DNA of 32,000 nt from Candidatus Nanohalobium constans (GTDB lineage: Archaea; Nanohalarchaeota; Nanosalinia; Nanosalinales; Nanosalinaceae): contig NZ_CP040089.1 of assembly GCF_009617975.1 (NCBI RefSeq), forward strand, positions 810,001 through 842,000, read 5' to 3'. A model generated the notes under the pieces. That model was not told the DNA's origin. It ran no database searches and saw only the letters and a list, made by a program, of their open reading frames with translations. Positions within the stretch are counted from its first letter, which is position 1. Each line of letters starts with the position of its first letter. The position numbers and the translations under genes were made by a program. This document shows positions 1 through 8,326 of the stretch, in pieces.

Positions 1-98
1 TCATACAGATCTAACCCAGTACGAGTTTTATATTTTTGAGAAAGCGAATCAGGTTACTGGGCTTAAGGACTATAACCTTCCAGACCAGAAATTTTAAC

Positions 99-509
99 AT
101 GATGATTGGAGAAGAAAACCTTTTGAGACTAGGTATACTTTTCATATCTCTACTAGCTACAAACTTTCTAACAATACATTTGATGGCTAATTTTATACTC
201 TACAAAGGCAGTTCTCGGGGAAAATCGCTACGACTTTCTGCAGAGTTTGCTTCACTCACAACAACACTTATCCTCAGTGTTTTAGTTTTATACAATCTGT
301 TAAGCTTAAGTTTTGATATTACTCTTGTTTATATTGCTGCGCTTCTCTTAGGAGGAGAAGGATTACTCGTGGGAATTGTGAAATGGTGGTATATCCACAG
401 AGAGTTGGATACAACCTGGCTAGAAGCATTCATTATATCTGAATGGTTTAAGATTGCTGTTTCGATCCTGCTGGCAGTAGTGCTGGCGCTTTTCCCCAAC
501 CTATTTTAG
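99..509 (+). CDS. Small multi-pass membrane protein, function unknown
   Basis: ORF track 36..509 (TTG start). Several hydrophobic segments: ILFISLLATNFLTIHL, LTTTLILSVLVLYNLL, LVYIAALLLGG, IAVSILLAVVLALF. I prefer the in-frame ATG at 99 because TATAACC at 71-77 lies about 25 nt upstream, the leaderless pattern seen elsewhere in the window. Confidence 0.5.
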   Translation: MMIGEENLLRLGILFISLLATNFLTIHLMANFILYKGSSRGKSLRLSAEFASLTTTLILSVLVLYNLLSLSFDITLVYIAALLLGGEGLLVGIVKWWYIHRELDTTWLEAFIISEWFKIAVSILLAVVLALFPNLF

Positions 510-529
510 ATCTGACTTAGATAAGAATT

Positions 530-540
530 GTTTAAAAAAA
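530..540 (+). promoter_or_regulatory. Candidate TATA/BRE-like promoter element for tRNA-Phe
   Basis: GTTTAAAAAAA lies 35 nt upstream of the tRNA-Phe 5' end. The identical 11-mer occurs at 8084-8094 upstream of tRNA-Ala. Confidence 0.4.
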
Positions 541-564
541 CTTTACTCGAAGCCTTTGTTATAA

Positions 565-638
565 GGCCGAATAGCTCAGCCTGGGAGAGCGCTTCACTGA
601 AGATGGAGTTGTCCCCGGTTCAAATCCGGGTTCGGCCA
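565..638 (+). tRNA. tRNA-Phe (anticodon GAA), no intron
   Basis: Hand-folded cloverleaf. Acceptor GGCCGAA/TTCGGCC; D arm GCTC-AGCCTGGGA-GAGC; anticodon stem CTTCA/TGGAG with loop CTGAAGA; T arm CCCGG-TTCAAAT-CCGGG; discriminator A. CCA is not encoded. Confidence 0.93.
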
Positions 639-671
639 AAAAATTTATCATTTTCTCAAGAACAGGATTTT

Positions 672-956
672 ATGAGCACCATTTTTTCTCAGAATCATAC
701 TATCTCACTTGTTGAATATGGAGCACAAGAATCGGATATTGAGAAACTTCTTGAACACGAATTTGACGAAGTAGAAAGCATAGGAGATAACATCTACCAG
801 ATAAGAACCTCTGTAGGATCTGCTGTAGTAGATAACCAGGACGATAAACTACATCCTTCAGTTTTAGAAGATGAATACGAAAATCCTGTTGAGATATCAG
901 GCGCTGAAGGCATTGTTGAAAGAGCTAGGAGTTACCTGGACAACAGAACGATTTAA
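672..956 (+). CDS. Small acidic hypothetical protein (94 aa)
   Basis: The track ORF 528..956 overlaps tRNA-Phe in its N-terminal part, so I take the first ATG downstream of the tRNA (M49 of the track ORF). An AT-rich AAAAATTTATCA lies about 25 nt upstream. The acidic composition matches the other proteins here. Confidence 0.45.
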   Translation: MSTIFSQNHTISLVEYGAQESDIEKLLEHEFDEVESIGDNIYQIRTSVGSAVVDNQDDKLHPSVLEDEYENPVEISGAEGIVERARSYLDNRTI

Positions 957-957
957 T

Positions 958-1164
958 CTACCACGGGTCGTGTTCGTAGCCGTGTTCTTCTGCTCTTTCA
1001 ATCATGTCTTCTTCGTCAACTTCCTTTACAGGTGCTTTCTGCCAGTCTTCAAAGTCATCGTTTATTTTCTCAGTTGCTTCGGCCTCTTCCTCACTCATTA
1101 CTGAGACATTAGCGGTTTCGCCATTGTATATTTCGATTATCCAGTAGTTGTTCTCCTCTCCCAC
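958..1164 (-). CDS. Small highly acidic hypothetical protein (68 aa, GTG start)
   Basis: ORF track. Convergent with 672..956. The D/E-rich composition is typical of the window. No recognisable motif. Confidence 0.4.
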   Translation of the reverse strand: MGEENNYWIIEIYNGETANVSVMSEEEAEATEKINDDFEDWQKAPVKEVDEEDMIERAEEHGYEHDPW

Positions 1165-1215
1165 AATTATCTATTCCTCATTGAAACTTTACCTCAATTC
1201 CTCTTAAATACTCTG

Positions 1216-2853
1216 TTACATTTCATCAAGAGGTTCGATCCCCAGTAGCTCAAGTCCTTGATCCGTAACCTCTACAAATGTTTCAACCAATTTGACCCTT
1301 CGTTTCTCAATCTTTTCTTCTACACCTGTTACCTGACAGCTATGGTAGAAGCTGTTGAACTCTTCTGAGAGATCTGAGAGATAGTTAGCGATTTTTGCTG
1401 GTTCTCGCTGATCGGCAGCAGCTTCGACTTTCTCCGGGAACTCTGAAAGCTTTTTCAACAACCTGTATTCTTCATCTTCCAGTGTTCCGACAGTTTCTCC
1501 TTCTTTTTCTGTTTCTCTAAGAATGCTTTTGGCTCGTACATTTGTGTACTGTAGGTAAGGACCTGAATCTCCCTCAAAGTCCAGTACATCATCCCAGTCA
1601 AAATTTATATCTTTAGACCGTGAGACTGAGAGATTAGCGTACCGGATAGCACCTAGACCTACTTCTTCCGCGTTGTCGACATCTCTTCCTTCAATTTCCG
1701 CAGCTTTGTCAACTGCTTTATCCATAAGGTCTGATAGTCGGATTATATTTCCTTTACTCGAGCTTATAGAACCATCCTGAAGATGTACCATGCCATAGGA
1801 GATGTGTTCATTCTGGATTCCTTCTACACCAAACATTTCCGCTATCTCGAACAACTGCTGGAAATGGAGGTCCTGCTCGTTAGCTACTATATAAAGGTTG
1901 TAATCGAAGCCTTCCTCCTCTCGTTTCTGTATGTTAGCGACATCCCGAGAAAGATACAATGTAGATCCATCGCTTCTCTTAACGACTGTGTTCGGATATT
2001 TATCATCTTCAAAGTCTACATAGATGCTGCCATCATAATCTTCCTCAAAAATACCTTTCTCAAGACCATTTTCAATTACTTCTTGGGCTTCGTCAGCTAC
2101 TACAGATTCTCCCGTGACCCTGTCAAACTCGATGCCCATTCTATCATATTCTTTCTCGTTGTGTTCGATGGTTGCTTCTCTGAACATTTCCCAAAGCCGT
2201 ACAGCTTCTTCATCACCTTCTTCGATTTTCTTACTCCATTCACGGGCCTTCTCCTTATCTTCCTCATCTGCTTCATCGTGAAGCTTGACGTACAGATCAT
2301 ACATGTGGTCCATAGGATTTTCATCGAATTCTTCCTGACTTCCCCACTTCTTGAACGCATAGATCACCTGACCGTGCTTAGTCCCCCAGTCCCCGATATA
2401 GTTCTCTGAGGTAACTTCATAGCCAATGAAACGCATTATTCTCTGAAGCGAATCGCCTATAACATTGTTTCTCATGTGACCGATATGCATAGGCTTAGCT
2501 AGGTTAGGTGCGGAAAATTCAACCAACATACTGCCATCTCGGGCTTCAACACCCATTGAATCCGTTTCAAGGACTTCAAGAACCTGGCTAGCGAAACTCT
2601 CCCTATCTAAATGAAAGTTCAAGTAGCCAGGACCAGCTACACCAACAGAATCAATGAAACCATGGTTTTCAAAGCTTTCAGCAGTCTCTTCAGCAAGTTG
2701 CCGCGGATTCTCTCCTAGTTCTGAGGCTGCCTTCATAACAGGATAGGCAAAATCCCCGTGCTCTGGCTCCGGTCTCTCAATATCTGAAATACTTACTTCT
2801 ACATCAAGTTTTTCTGAAAGTTTAGAGACCAGCTCTCTTTTAATCTGCTTCAT
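1216..2853 (-). CDS. argS: Arginyl-tRNA synthetase
   Basis: 545 aa. Class I HIGH motif in NLAKPMHIGHMRNNVIGD. Overall ArgRS-like layout: N-terminal additional domain, catalytic core, and a C-terminal anticodon-binding helical domain ending ...LGIEPLDEM. Confidence 0.93.
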   Translation of the reverse strand: MKQIKRELVSKLSEKLDVEVSISDIERPEPEHGDFAYPVMKAASELGENPRQLAEETAESFENHGFIDSVGVAGPGYLNFHLDRESFASQVLEVLETDSMGVEARDGSMLVEFSAPNLAKPMHIGHMRNNVIGDSLQRIMRFIGYEVTSENYIGDWGTKHGQVIYAFKKWGSQEEFDENPMDHMYDLYVKLHDEADEEDKEKAREWSKKIEEGDEEAVRLWEMFREATIEHNEKEYDRMGIEFDRVTGESVVADEAQEVIENGLEKGIFEEDYDGSIYVDFEDDKYPNTVVKRSDGSTLYLSRDVANIQKREEEGFDYNLYIVANEQDLHFQQLFEIAEMFGVEGIQNEHISYGMVHLQDGSISSSKGNIIRLSDLMDKAVDKAAEIEGRDVDNAEEVGLGAIRYANLSVSRSKDINFDWDDVLDFEGDSGPYLQYTNVRAKSILRETEKEGETVGTLEDEEYRLLKKLSEFPEKVEAAADQREPAKIANYLSDLSEEFNSFYHSCQVTGVEEKIEKRRVKLVETFVEVTDQGLELLGIEPLDEM

Positions 2854-2905
2854 AAGAAATACTTCTTGTTAAGCTTCAAAACACTTATCAGATGAGAGTT
2901 CAAGT

Positions 2906-3679
2906 TCAGCGAACAACCTCTGTCAATCTCCCCAGAATTTCCTTAGCATTCCCCACAGTCTTTCCTTCCTCATCGAAAGGAGGTGCTACTTCAACCAAGT
3001 CAGCATGAACCGGTTTTACCTTTTCTATCACTCTTTCAACCTGCTGCATAGAGAGCCGACCATCAGGATATCCTGTGCCAGGTGCTTCGTCTTCACTTAA
3101 CACATCTATGTCAACGCTTAGATAGGTCGGACTAGTTGAATCGTATTCCTGCAGGAATTCGGATAATACCTCATCAGCACGGTAAACATCTAAGTCATGC
3201 TGATCCAGAAATTCTTGTTCATCATCGTCAACCCGAGTAATCCCAACAAAAGTAATCTCATCCTCCTCAAAACCAGAGTTTAGCAGCTCTCTAACAACTA
3301 CATCATGTGAGACATGACCATCAACCTTCTCCTTCAAATCCAGATGAGAATCAAGCCAAACCAACTGCATTCCAGGATTCTCCTGCTTCAAAGCCTTGAT
3401 AACAGGAAAAGAGACCGAGTGATCTCCTCCTAGAGAAAAAATCGGTTTATCATATTCTAAAAGCTCCTCAGTATTCTCACGAATCCTTTCATGCGTCTTC
3501 TCTAAATCAAACTCGTCAATAAACACTTCATCGATTAAAACATCCTTTCCGGGTTCGAACCCCTCCAAAATCACTTCCGGAGCATTCAGAGTACCCTTAC
3601 GAGGATTTCTATGAATGCCTATATCACTAGGAAGTTTCTGAAGTAGAATTTCTGCGTCCTCAGGAGAATTGGTTTTCAT
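2906..3679 (-). CDS. speB: Ureohydrolase of the arginase/agmatinase family (agmatinase-like)
   Basis: 257 aa with the family's metal-binding motifs: LGGDHSVSFP, WLDSHLDL (DxHxD type) and SVDIDVLSEDEAPGTGYP (SxDxDxxD...PG type). Confidence 0.8.
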   Translation of the reverse strand: MKTNSPEDAEILLQKLPSDIGIHRNPRKGTLNAPEVILEGFEPGKDVLIDEVFIDEFDLEKTHERIRENTEELLEYDKPIFSLGGDHSVSFPVIKALKQENPGMQLVWLDSHLDLKEKVDGHVSHDVVVRELLNSGFEEDEITFVGITRVDDDEQEFLDQHDLDVYRADEVLSEFLQEYDSTSPTYLSVDIDVLSEDEAPGTGYPDGRLSMQQVERVIEKVKPVHADLVEVAPPFDEEGKTVGNAKEILGRLTEVVR

Positions 3680-3695
3680 GAAAAATCAGCTTAAG

Positions 3696-3842
3696 CGGAC
3701 CCGAAGGGATTTGAACCCTTGACAACGAGATAACTTCTCTTTTTCCGTAAACAGTGAGAGATGGCTGAAACGCCATAAAGTATTGTTAATCTGCTACGGC
3801 AGTTAGAAGTCTCGCGCTCTGTCCAGGCTGAGCTACGGGCCC
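3696..3842 (-). tRNA. tRNA-Arg (anticodon TCT) with a 72-nt intron (3732-3803) at the canonical 37/38 position
   Basis: Minus strand. Acceptor GGGCCCG/CGGGTCC (one G-U); D arm GCTC-AGCCTGGACA-GAGC; anticodon stem CGAGA...TCTCG with loop CTTCTA|intron|A; T arm AAGGG-TTCAAAT-CCCTT; discriminator G. Confidence 0.85.
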
Positions 3843-3878
3843 TTTCTCTGTAAATAGATGTTTGGGCGAAAATCTTTT

Positions 3879-4028
3879 TTAGAGGTGTAGTCCTAGTGTC
3901 AAGATGGATACTACGAATCCGAATGCGATAACTGTTTTCGGATCGACTTCTATACCTGTGTCTGCGTCCATATACTGGACGAGTCCTCCTTGACTGGAAG
4001 GAAGTGCACCGCCTTCTTCTTTAGCCAT
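3879..4028 (-). CDS. secG: Preprotein translocase subunit Sec61beta (archaeal SecG), 49 aa
   Basis: Below the ORF-track size cutoff; translated by hand as MAKEEGGALPSSQGGLVQYMDADTGIEVDPKTVIAFGFVVSILTLGLHL. It matches the archaeal Sec61beta pattern: GL-x-(R/Q)-YMD, then a short loop, then a single C-terminal TM helix. Confidence 0.8.
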   Translation of the reverse strand: MAKEEGGALPSSQGGLVQYMDADTGIEVDPKTVIAFGFVVSILTLGLHL

Positions 4029-4090
4029 AAAGAGTTAAGGGTTTGAAACCTTCAAAAAGGTTGTTTCAATTTACTCAGAGAATAAAATTA

Positions 4091-4554
4091 GTGGAGATGG
4101 CAGTAAGCCCGATTCTGTTGCTACGTCCGAAAGCCTTACGCCTTTCCAAGATGCCTCTTCTCAATAGAAGAGACAGCTGCATTTAACTACAACCAATTCA
4201 CGATGATTGGTCTTGCACCCGATTTTTCAGGGCTTGCCACACGGTTCGGACCACGTTTCAACGAATCCAACAGGCTTCAAACACTCATATCATCGCTCAG
4301 CCAGTTGGGCGTGTCGTTTCTGATGTCCATGAACTTCTGCTACAACACAGTATTACCTGGTTTTACGCTTAGTTCAGAGCCTTCTCAGGCCACAGGTCTT
4401 TCACCTGCTCCGCTTACGAAAATCCGGTTTCCCAAGATTTTCTGAAAGCCCAGAAACTCCAGTCAAGGAAGTTTCGGACTTGTGGTCGGGACTTTCACTC
4501 ACTAAACACCTTCCAAATTGACGAAGGCAGCGATGACAGCCACACCATCTCCAA
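4091..4554 (-). ncRNA. rnpB: RNase P RNA (archaeal type)
   Basis: The minus strand reads GAGTGAAAGTCCCGAC (plus 4488-4498 region), like CR-I GNAAAGUCC. It also reads GCAACAGAATCGGGCTTACTGCC (plus 4103-4118 region), like the conserved ACAGAAnnnGGCUUA. Terminal P1 pairing is GGAGATGG (rc of 4545-4552) with CCATCTCC (rc of 4093-4100). Ends are approximate. Confidence 0.75.
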
Positions 4555-4610
4555 TCAGTAATTCAACTATAGATTAGAAAATCTTTTGAGAATGAAATTA
4601 GGAAAGGTGA

Positions 4611-4619
4611 TGAAAAATA
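4611..4619 (-). terminator. Oligo-T run after the pre-23S trailer (candidate archaeal terminator)
   Basis: The minus strand reads CCCTACTATTTTTCATC. The T5 run (4613-4617) comes immediately after the outermost processing-stem arm. Confidence 0.35.
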
Positions 4620-4735
4620 GTAGGGTTCGAACACAGAGAGTCCAAGATAACCGTGTTAAGACGGAGTTCTTATCCAGGCAGACTAAGCATTGAGTCCCAC
4701 CTGTAAGGGTAGAGCTCAAGCTGGTGTCTTCCACT
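4619..4735 (-). other. Pre-23S rRNA 3' trailer, forming an extended processing helix with the 5' leader
   Basis: Arms complementary to the leader: 4716-4728 with 7689-7701 (13 bp perfect); 4670-4680 with 7755-7765 (11 bp, one G-U); 4642-4648 with 7772-7778 (7 bp); 4619-4632 with 7784-7797 (14 bp perfect). Confidence 0.75.
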
Positions 4736-7681
4736 AGATTAGAACCCACGATTAGTAGTGGTCGGCTGAAATCCTCGTTGCCTTGGATCTTACACCGCCA
4801 CTCTATCAACTCGTCTTGTACGAGAGTGGATGCGGTTTCTTTTTGAGTAGTCTTTCGAGCTTAGATGCTTTCAGCTCTTACAACTGTGAGGCGTAGCTAC
4901 TCTGCATTTGCCCTTTCGGACAACAGATACACTAGAGGCCTCAGTCCAGGGTTCCTTTCGTACTGTCCGGACTTTACTCTCAAACCACAAACACTCCCAG
5001 CAGATAGCAACAGATCTGGCTCACGCCGATCTAAACCCAGCTCACGATCCGTTTTAATAGGTGAACACCCTCACCCTTGGCTGCTGTTGCACAGCCAGGA
5101 TACGGAGAGCCGACATCGAAGTAACAAGCCTGCGGGTCGATATGAGCTCGCGCCACAGACAATCCAGTTATCCCTGGAGTACCTTTTTTGTCAGGCCTAA
5201 GCCTCACTTATTGGCTAAAGGCGTTCGCTAAGTCACGCTTTCGCGCCTAGATCCCCTACTAACAGGAATCCAGTCAAGCATGCATTTGGCTTTGTCCTCT
5301 ACAGTCGATTTCTGACCGACTTGAGCATACTTTTGAACCCCTCTGATTCGTTATCAGAGGGATGCCGCCCCAGCTAAACTGCCCAGCTAACGCTGTCCTT
5401 CCGTAGAAGTAAGCAGCAGGGTTCCACGTGGGTAGTGTCCCATGGTCGACTGGGCGACATACTAGCGTATGCACCTCTGTAATGTCTTCTACCTACACTT
5501 CACACATGGAACCCCACCGCAACGTCAGACTGCAGTAAAGGTTCACAGGGTCTTCGCTTCCCACTGGGAGTCACCGGCTTATGCGCCGGTACAGCGGGTT
5601 CACCGGGCCACGACTTGGGACAGCAGGAGCCTCGTTCCTCTATTGATGCGGGCCAACAATTAATTGGCAAGGGACTACGCTACCTTAAGACGGTCATAGT
5701 TACCGCCGCCGTTTACCAGCCCTTCTGCTCCTTGTACGGAGGTTTCAGGTACTGGCACTGGGCAAGAGTCGCCGACTATACAAATCCTTTCGGACTAGCA
5801 GTCGGCTATGTTTTTAGTAAACAGTCGAGCTCCCCATGTAATTGCAACCTATCGTAACAAGACGATAGGCACTCCATATACCGAAGGTACGGAGCTAGAT
5901 TGCCGAATTCCCTAAGTCGAGTTGCACCCGAACGCCTAAGCCTACTCAGCCAGAGGACCTGTGCTGGTTCTTGGTACGGTCTCTCACATGTTTTCAAGGG
6001 CTCCAGGAATCACAACAAACCGGGATTATTCCCAGTTCGAATTGACAGGTTCGCAGGCTCTAAGCATTACGCTCGCCATGCATTACCTGATTAGACTGCG
6101 CGAAAACGCAGCTGTTGTTATCCCAAAGCGTCCAATAATGTGAGGAGGTACAGGAATATTAACCTGTTTGCCTGTTCTCCAATCGCGAATTACGGATTGG
6201 ATTAGGGCCGACTAACCCTCAGCTGATAATCATTGCTGAGGAACCCTTCCTCTTGCGGCGAAGATGATTCACACATCTTTTTCGCTGATACTGCCGGCAG
6301 GATTCTCGTTTCCACACGGTCCACACGACTTCACAGCCATGCTTCTGTCCCTGCGGAACGCCACTCTACCCATCGATAAACGATGGAAAGGTCTCGGCTC
6401 CTGACTTGAGCCCCGTCCATTTACGGTGCTTCAGTTCTCAACGGGTGAGCTGTTACGCTATCTTTAAAGGGTAGCTGCTTCTAAGCTAACCTCCCCGCTG
6501 TCTGAGAACCGAAACGCCCTTCATGTGCACTTAGTCAGGAATTGGGGGCCTTAACCTTTCTCTGGGTTGTTTCCCTCTCGGAATGGCACCTTACGCGCCA
6601 TCCCTCACTCCTCGAGTCTATAACGCTGCAGAGTTCAGAGTTTGACTTCGGTCCTGTAGGCAGAGCCTACAGGCAGCCAAAATCAGTAGCTTTACCTCTA
6701 CAGCAGTCTCGTCGAAGGTTGGACTTCGATCCATTTCGAGTGGAACCAGCCATTACCGATCTCGATTGACATTTCACCCCTTGACCCAGCTTACACGAGC
6801 GCTTGTATCGCAGCAACGCTTCAGGCCTCCACGGAGCTTTCGCGCCGCTTCACCTTAGCCAGGCCAGGATCGACCGGTTTCGGATAATGCCGTGGTGACT
6901 TCTCGCGCGTTAACACGAGGACCCTCACACGCAAAGCGTGCTGCGGTCTTCTTGCTTTCGCTGTGACTCCCCACCGAATCGGTGGTTAGCCTCGCCACGA
7001 CGGCAAACTCCCTGCCCCGTTTTTCAAAACGGATGACACAACACTGCTCCGACTGATTCATACTAAGACCTCTCGGAAAGTTCTTTGTCAGTCATCGACG
7101 CTTGAATGCCGTGCCTAGCCTAAGACCAGATAGTTTCAGGGTCTTTTAAGCCTCCTTCGAAGAGTACTTTTCAGCGTTCCTTCACAGTACTTAGTACGCT
7201 ATCGGATTCGAGAAGTATTTAGCATTGGAAAAGGGTAAGTGCCTCCCATATTCACACAGGATTTCCAACCCATGCTACTCTTGGCACGCCTAAGATCGGT
7301 GCAGTAGTCGTCTACGAGACTATCACTCTCTATGGTCCTGCTTTCCAGCAAGAGTTCAACTAAACTGCTTGGATCCAACGGCGGCCAAACCACATCCACC
7401 TACGATCTCTCGAAGGCGTTCAGTTTGTGCGTGTTCCCCGTCCGCTCGCCGCTAATAAGGGAATCCCATATTGGTTTCTTTTCCTACGGCTACTAAGATG
7501 TTTCAATTCACCGCGTTCCCGTACATAGAAATGTACAGGTCGCCGAAGCGACCTATGAAGTCACATTAGGAGATCTTGGGCTCAAAGGCTGCATGCACCT
7601 CGCCCAAGCTTATCGCAGCTTGCCACGTCCTTCTTCGGCTTCTCGAACCGAGCCATTCACTACCCGGCTTGACAGTAATCC
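4736..7681 (-). rRNA. rrl: 23S (large subunit) rRNA, about 2.95 kb
   Basis: The minus strand contains GTAAGAGCTGAAAGCATCTAAGC (rc of 4859-4881). It has a sarcin-ricin-loop-like AGTACGAAAGGAAC (rc of 4951-4964). The 3' domain reads GTTGATAGAGTGGCGGTGTAAG...ACTACTAATCG, and the 5' domain reads GAAGCCGAAGAAGGACGTGGCAAGCTGCGATAAGC (rc of 7608-7642). Mature ends are approximate (+/- 10 nt). Confidence 0.95.
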
Positions 7682-7797
7682 AGCTTCTGACACCAGCTTG
7701 ATTAACTCCCTGGAAAGTCGAAACTTTCCTGAGACATCAAGCTAGTAAATCGGATGCCCGGATAAAAAATAATCTTGGTTCTGGTTCGAACCCTACT
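7682..7797 (-). other. Pre-23S rRNA 5' leader (partner of the 3' trailer)
   Basis: See the trailer feature; four complementary segments in co-linear antiparallel order. Confidence 0.75.
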
Positions 7798-8083
7798 TAC
7801 ACCAAACAAAACAAATCATATGCGGTGTGCACTACTCATCTCCACATTGTGAATTCAGAGACTGATTCGTGCTGAGGACACCCTAAACAGGCGCCCACGA
7901 AACAATGTACCGGTTCGATGCCCGGTAACATTAGACACGGCCTTAACAGTTAAAAAGGGTCATACATTAACAAACCGTCGACCCTCCTAAACAAACTGTC
8001 ACGCCGTATGCAAAGAAAACCTGTCAAAACTTTAAATACCTATTAACCATTACCCGTGTACCCGGTCAAATGGTGCCGAACCA

Positions 8084-8094
8084 GTTTAAAAAAA
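8084..8094 (+). promoter_or_regulatory. Candidate TATA/BRE-like promoter element for tRNA-Ala
   Basis: GTTTAAAAAAA lies 41 nt upstream of the tRNA-Ala 5' end. It is identical to the 11-mer upstream of tRNA-Phe. Confidence 0.4.
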
Positions 8095-8124
8095 TAAACC
8101 ATCAAAGTTCTAGATACGGAGTAC

Positions 8125-8326
8125 GGGCCCTTAGTTCAGCCTGGCAGAACGTCCCCCTTGCAACGACTGGTTACGCTCGGTTACCGAAAACCTCTTCCCG
8201 AGGTTTTCTGGAGCAGAAGACCTCTTAGAGGTCTTCGAGACACGCAAGAATGCATTCACAGAATGCCTGCCGAGAAACCAAAAGCAAGATAGGGGAAGGC
8301 CCAGGGTTCAAATCCCTGAGGGTCCA
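8125..8326 (+). tRNA. tRNA-Ala (anticodon TGC) with a 128-nt intron (8163-8290) at the 37/38 position
   Basis: Acceptor GGGCCCT/AGGGTCC (one G-U); D arm GTTC-AGCCTGGCA-GAAC; anticodon stem TCCCC...GGGGA with loop CTTGCA|intron|A; T arm CAGGG-TTCAAAT-CCCTG; discriminator A. Confidence 0.85.

Noticed and set aside
528-671. N-terminal 48 codons of track ORF 528-956
   Set aside because: They overlap tRNA-Phe (565-638) on the same strand. The ORF was trimmed to the ATG at 672.
1783-2409. 208-aa antisense ORF inside argS. Similar antisense or overlapping ORFs occur inside the integrase, DUF262, hsdR, hsdM and the 566-aa, PCNA-like and wHTH genes (for example 10762-11154, 12537-12821, 14898-15164, 18055-18541, 24105-24314, 29737-30117)
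   Set aside because: Each is fully embedded opposite or out of frame within a gene with strong motif support. Their low-complexity, S/L/F-rich translations are typical of antisense reading of purine-rich coding strands.
4620-4735. Possible 5S rRNA or odd tRNA immediately downstream of the 23S (GTTCGAA T-loop-like sequence, CTTA...TAAG D-arm-like pairing)
   Set aside because: No consistent cloverleaf or 5S helix I/loop C could be built. The whole segment is instead complementary, block by block, to the 23S 5' leader (7682-7797), so it is a processing-stem trailer.
4203-7399. About fifteen 60-110 aa ORFs in the track (for example 4203-4445, 4865-5200, 5615-5857, 6542-6769, 7199-7399)
   Set aside because: They lie entirely inside the RNase P RNA or the 23S rRNA, which are identified by conserved RNA motifs. 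They are spurious translations of structural RNA.
7818-7945. Candidate 5S-like RNA on the minus strand upstream of the 23S: hairpin AATG(T)TACCGG-GCATCGAA-CCGGTACATT, a GAGTAG loop-E-like element, and weak terminal pairing GCCGTGT/ACACCGC
   Set aside because: Loop C is too short, and the conserved CCGAAC...AAGUUAAGC and 3'-half helices are not recognisable. This is more likely part of the 23S promoter/leader region. A cmsearch with the Rfam 5S model would settle it.
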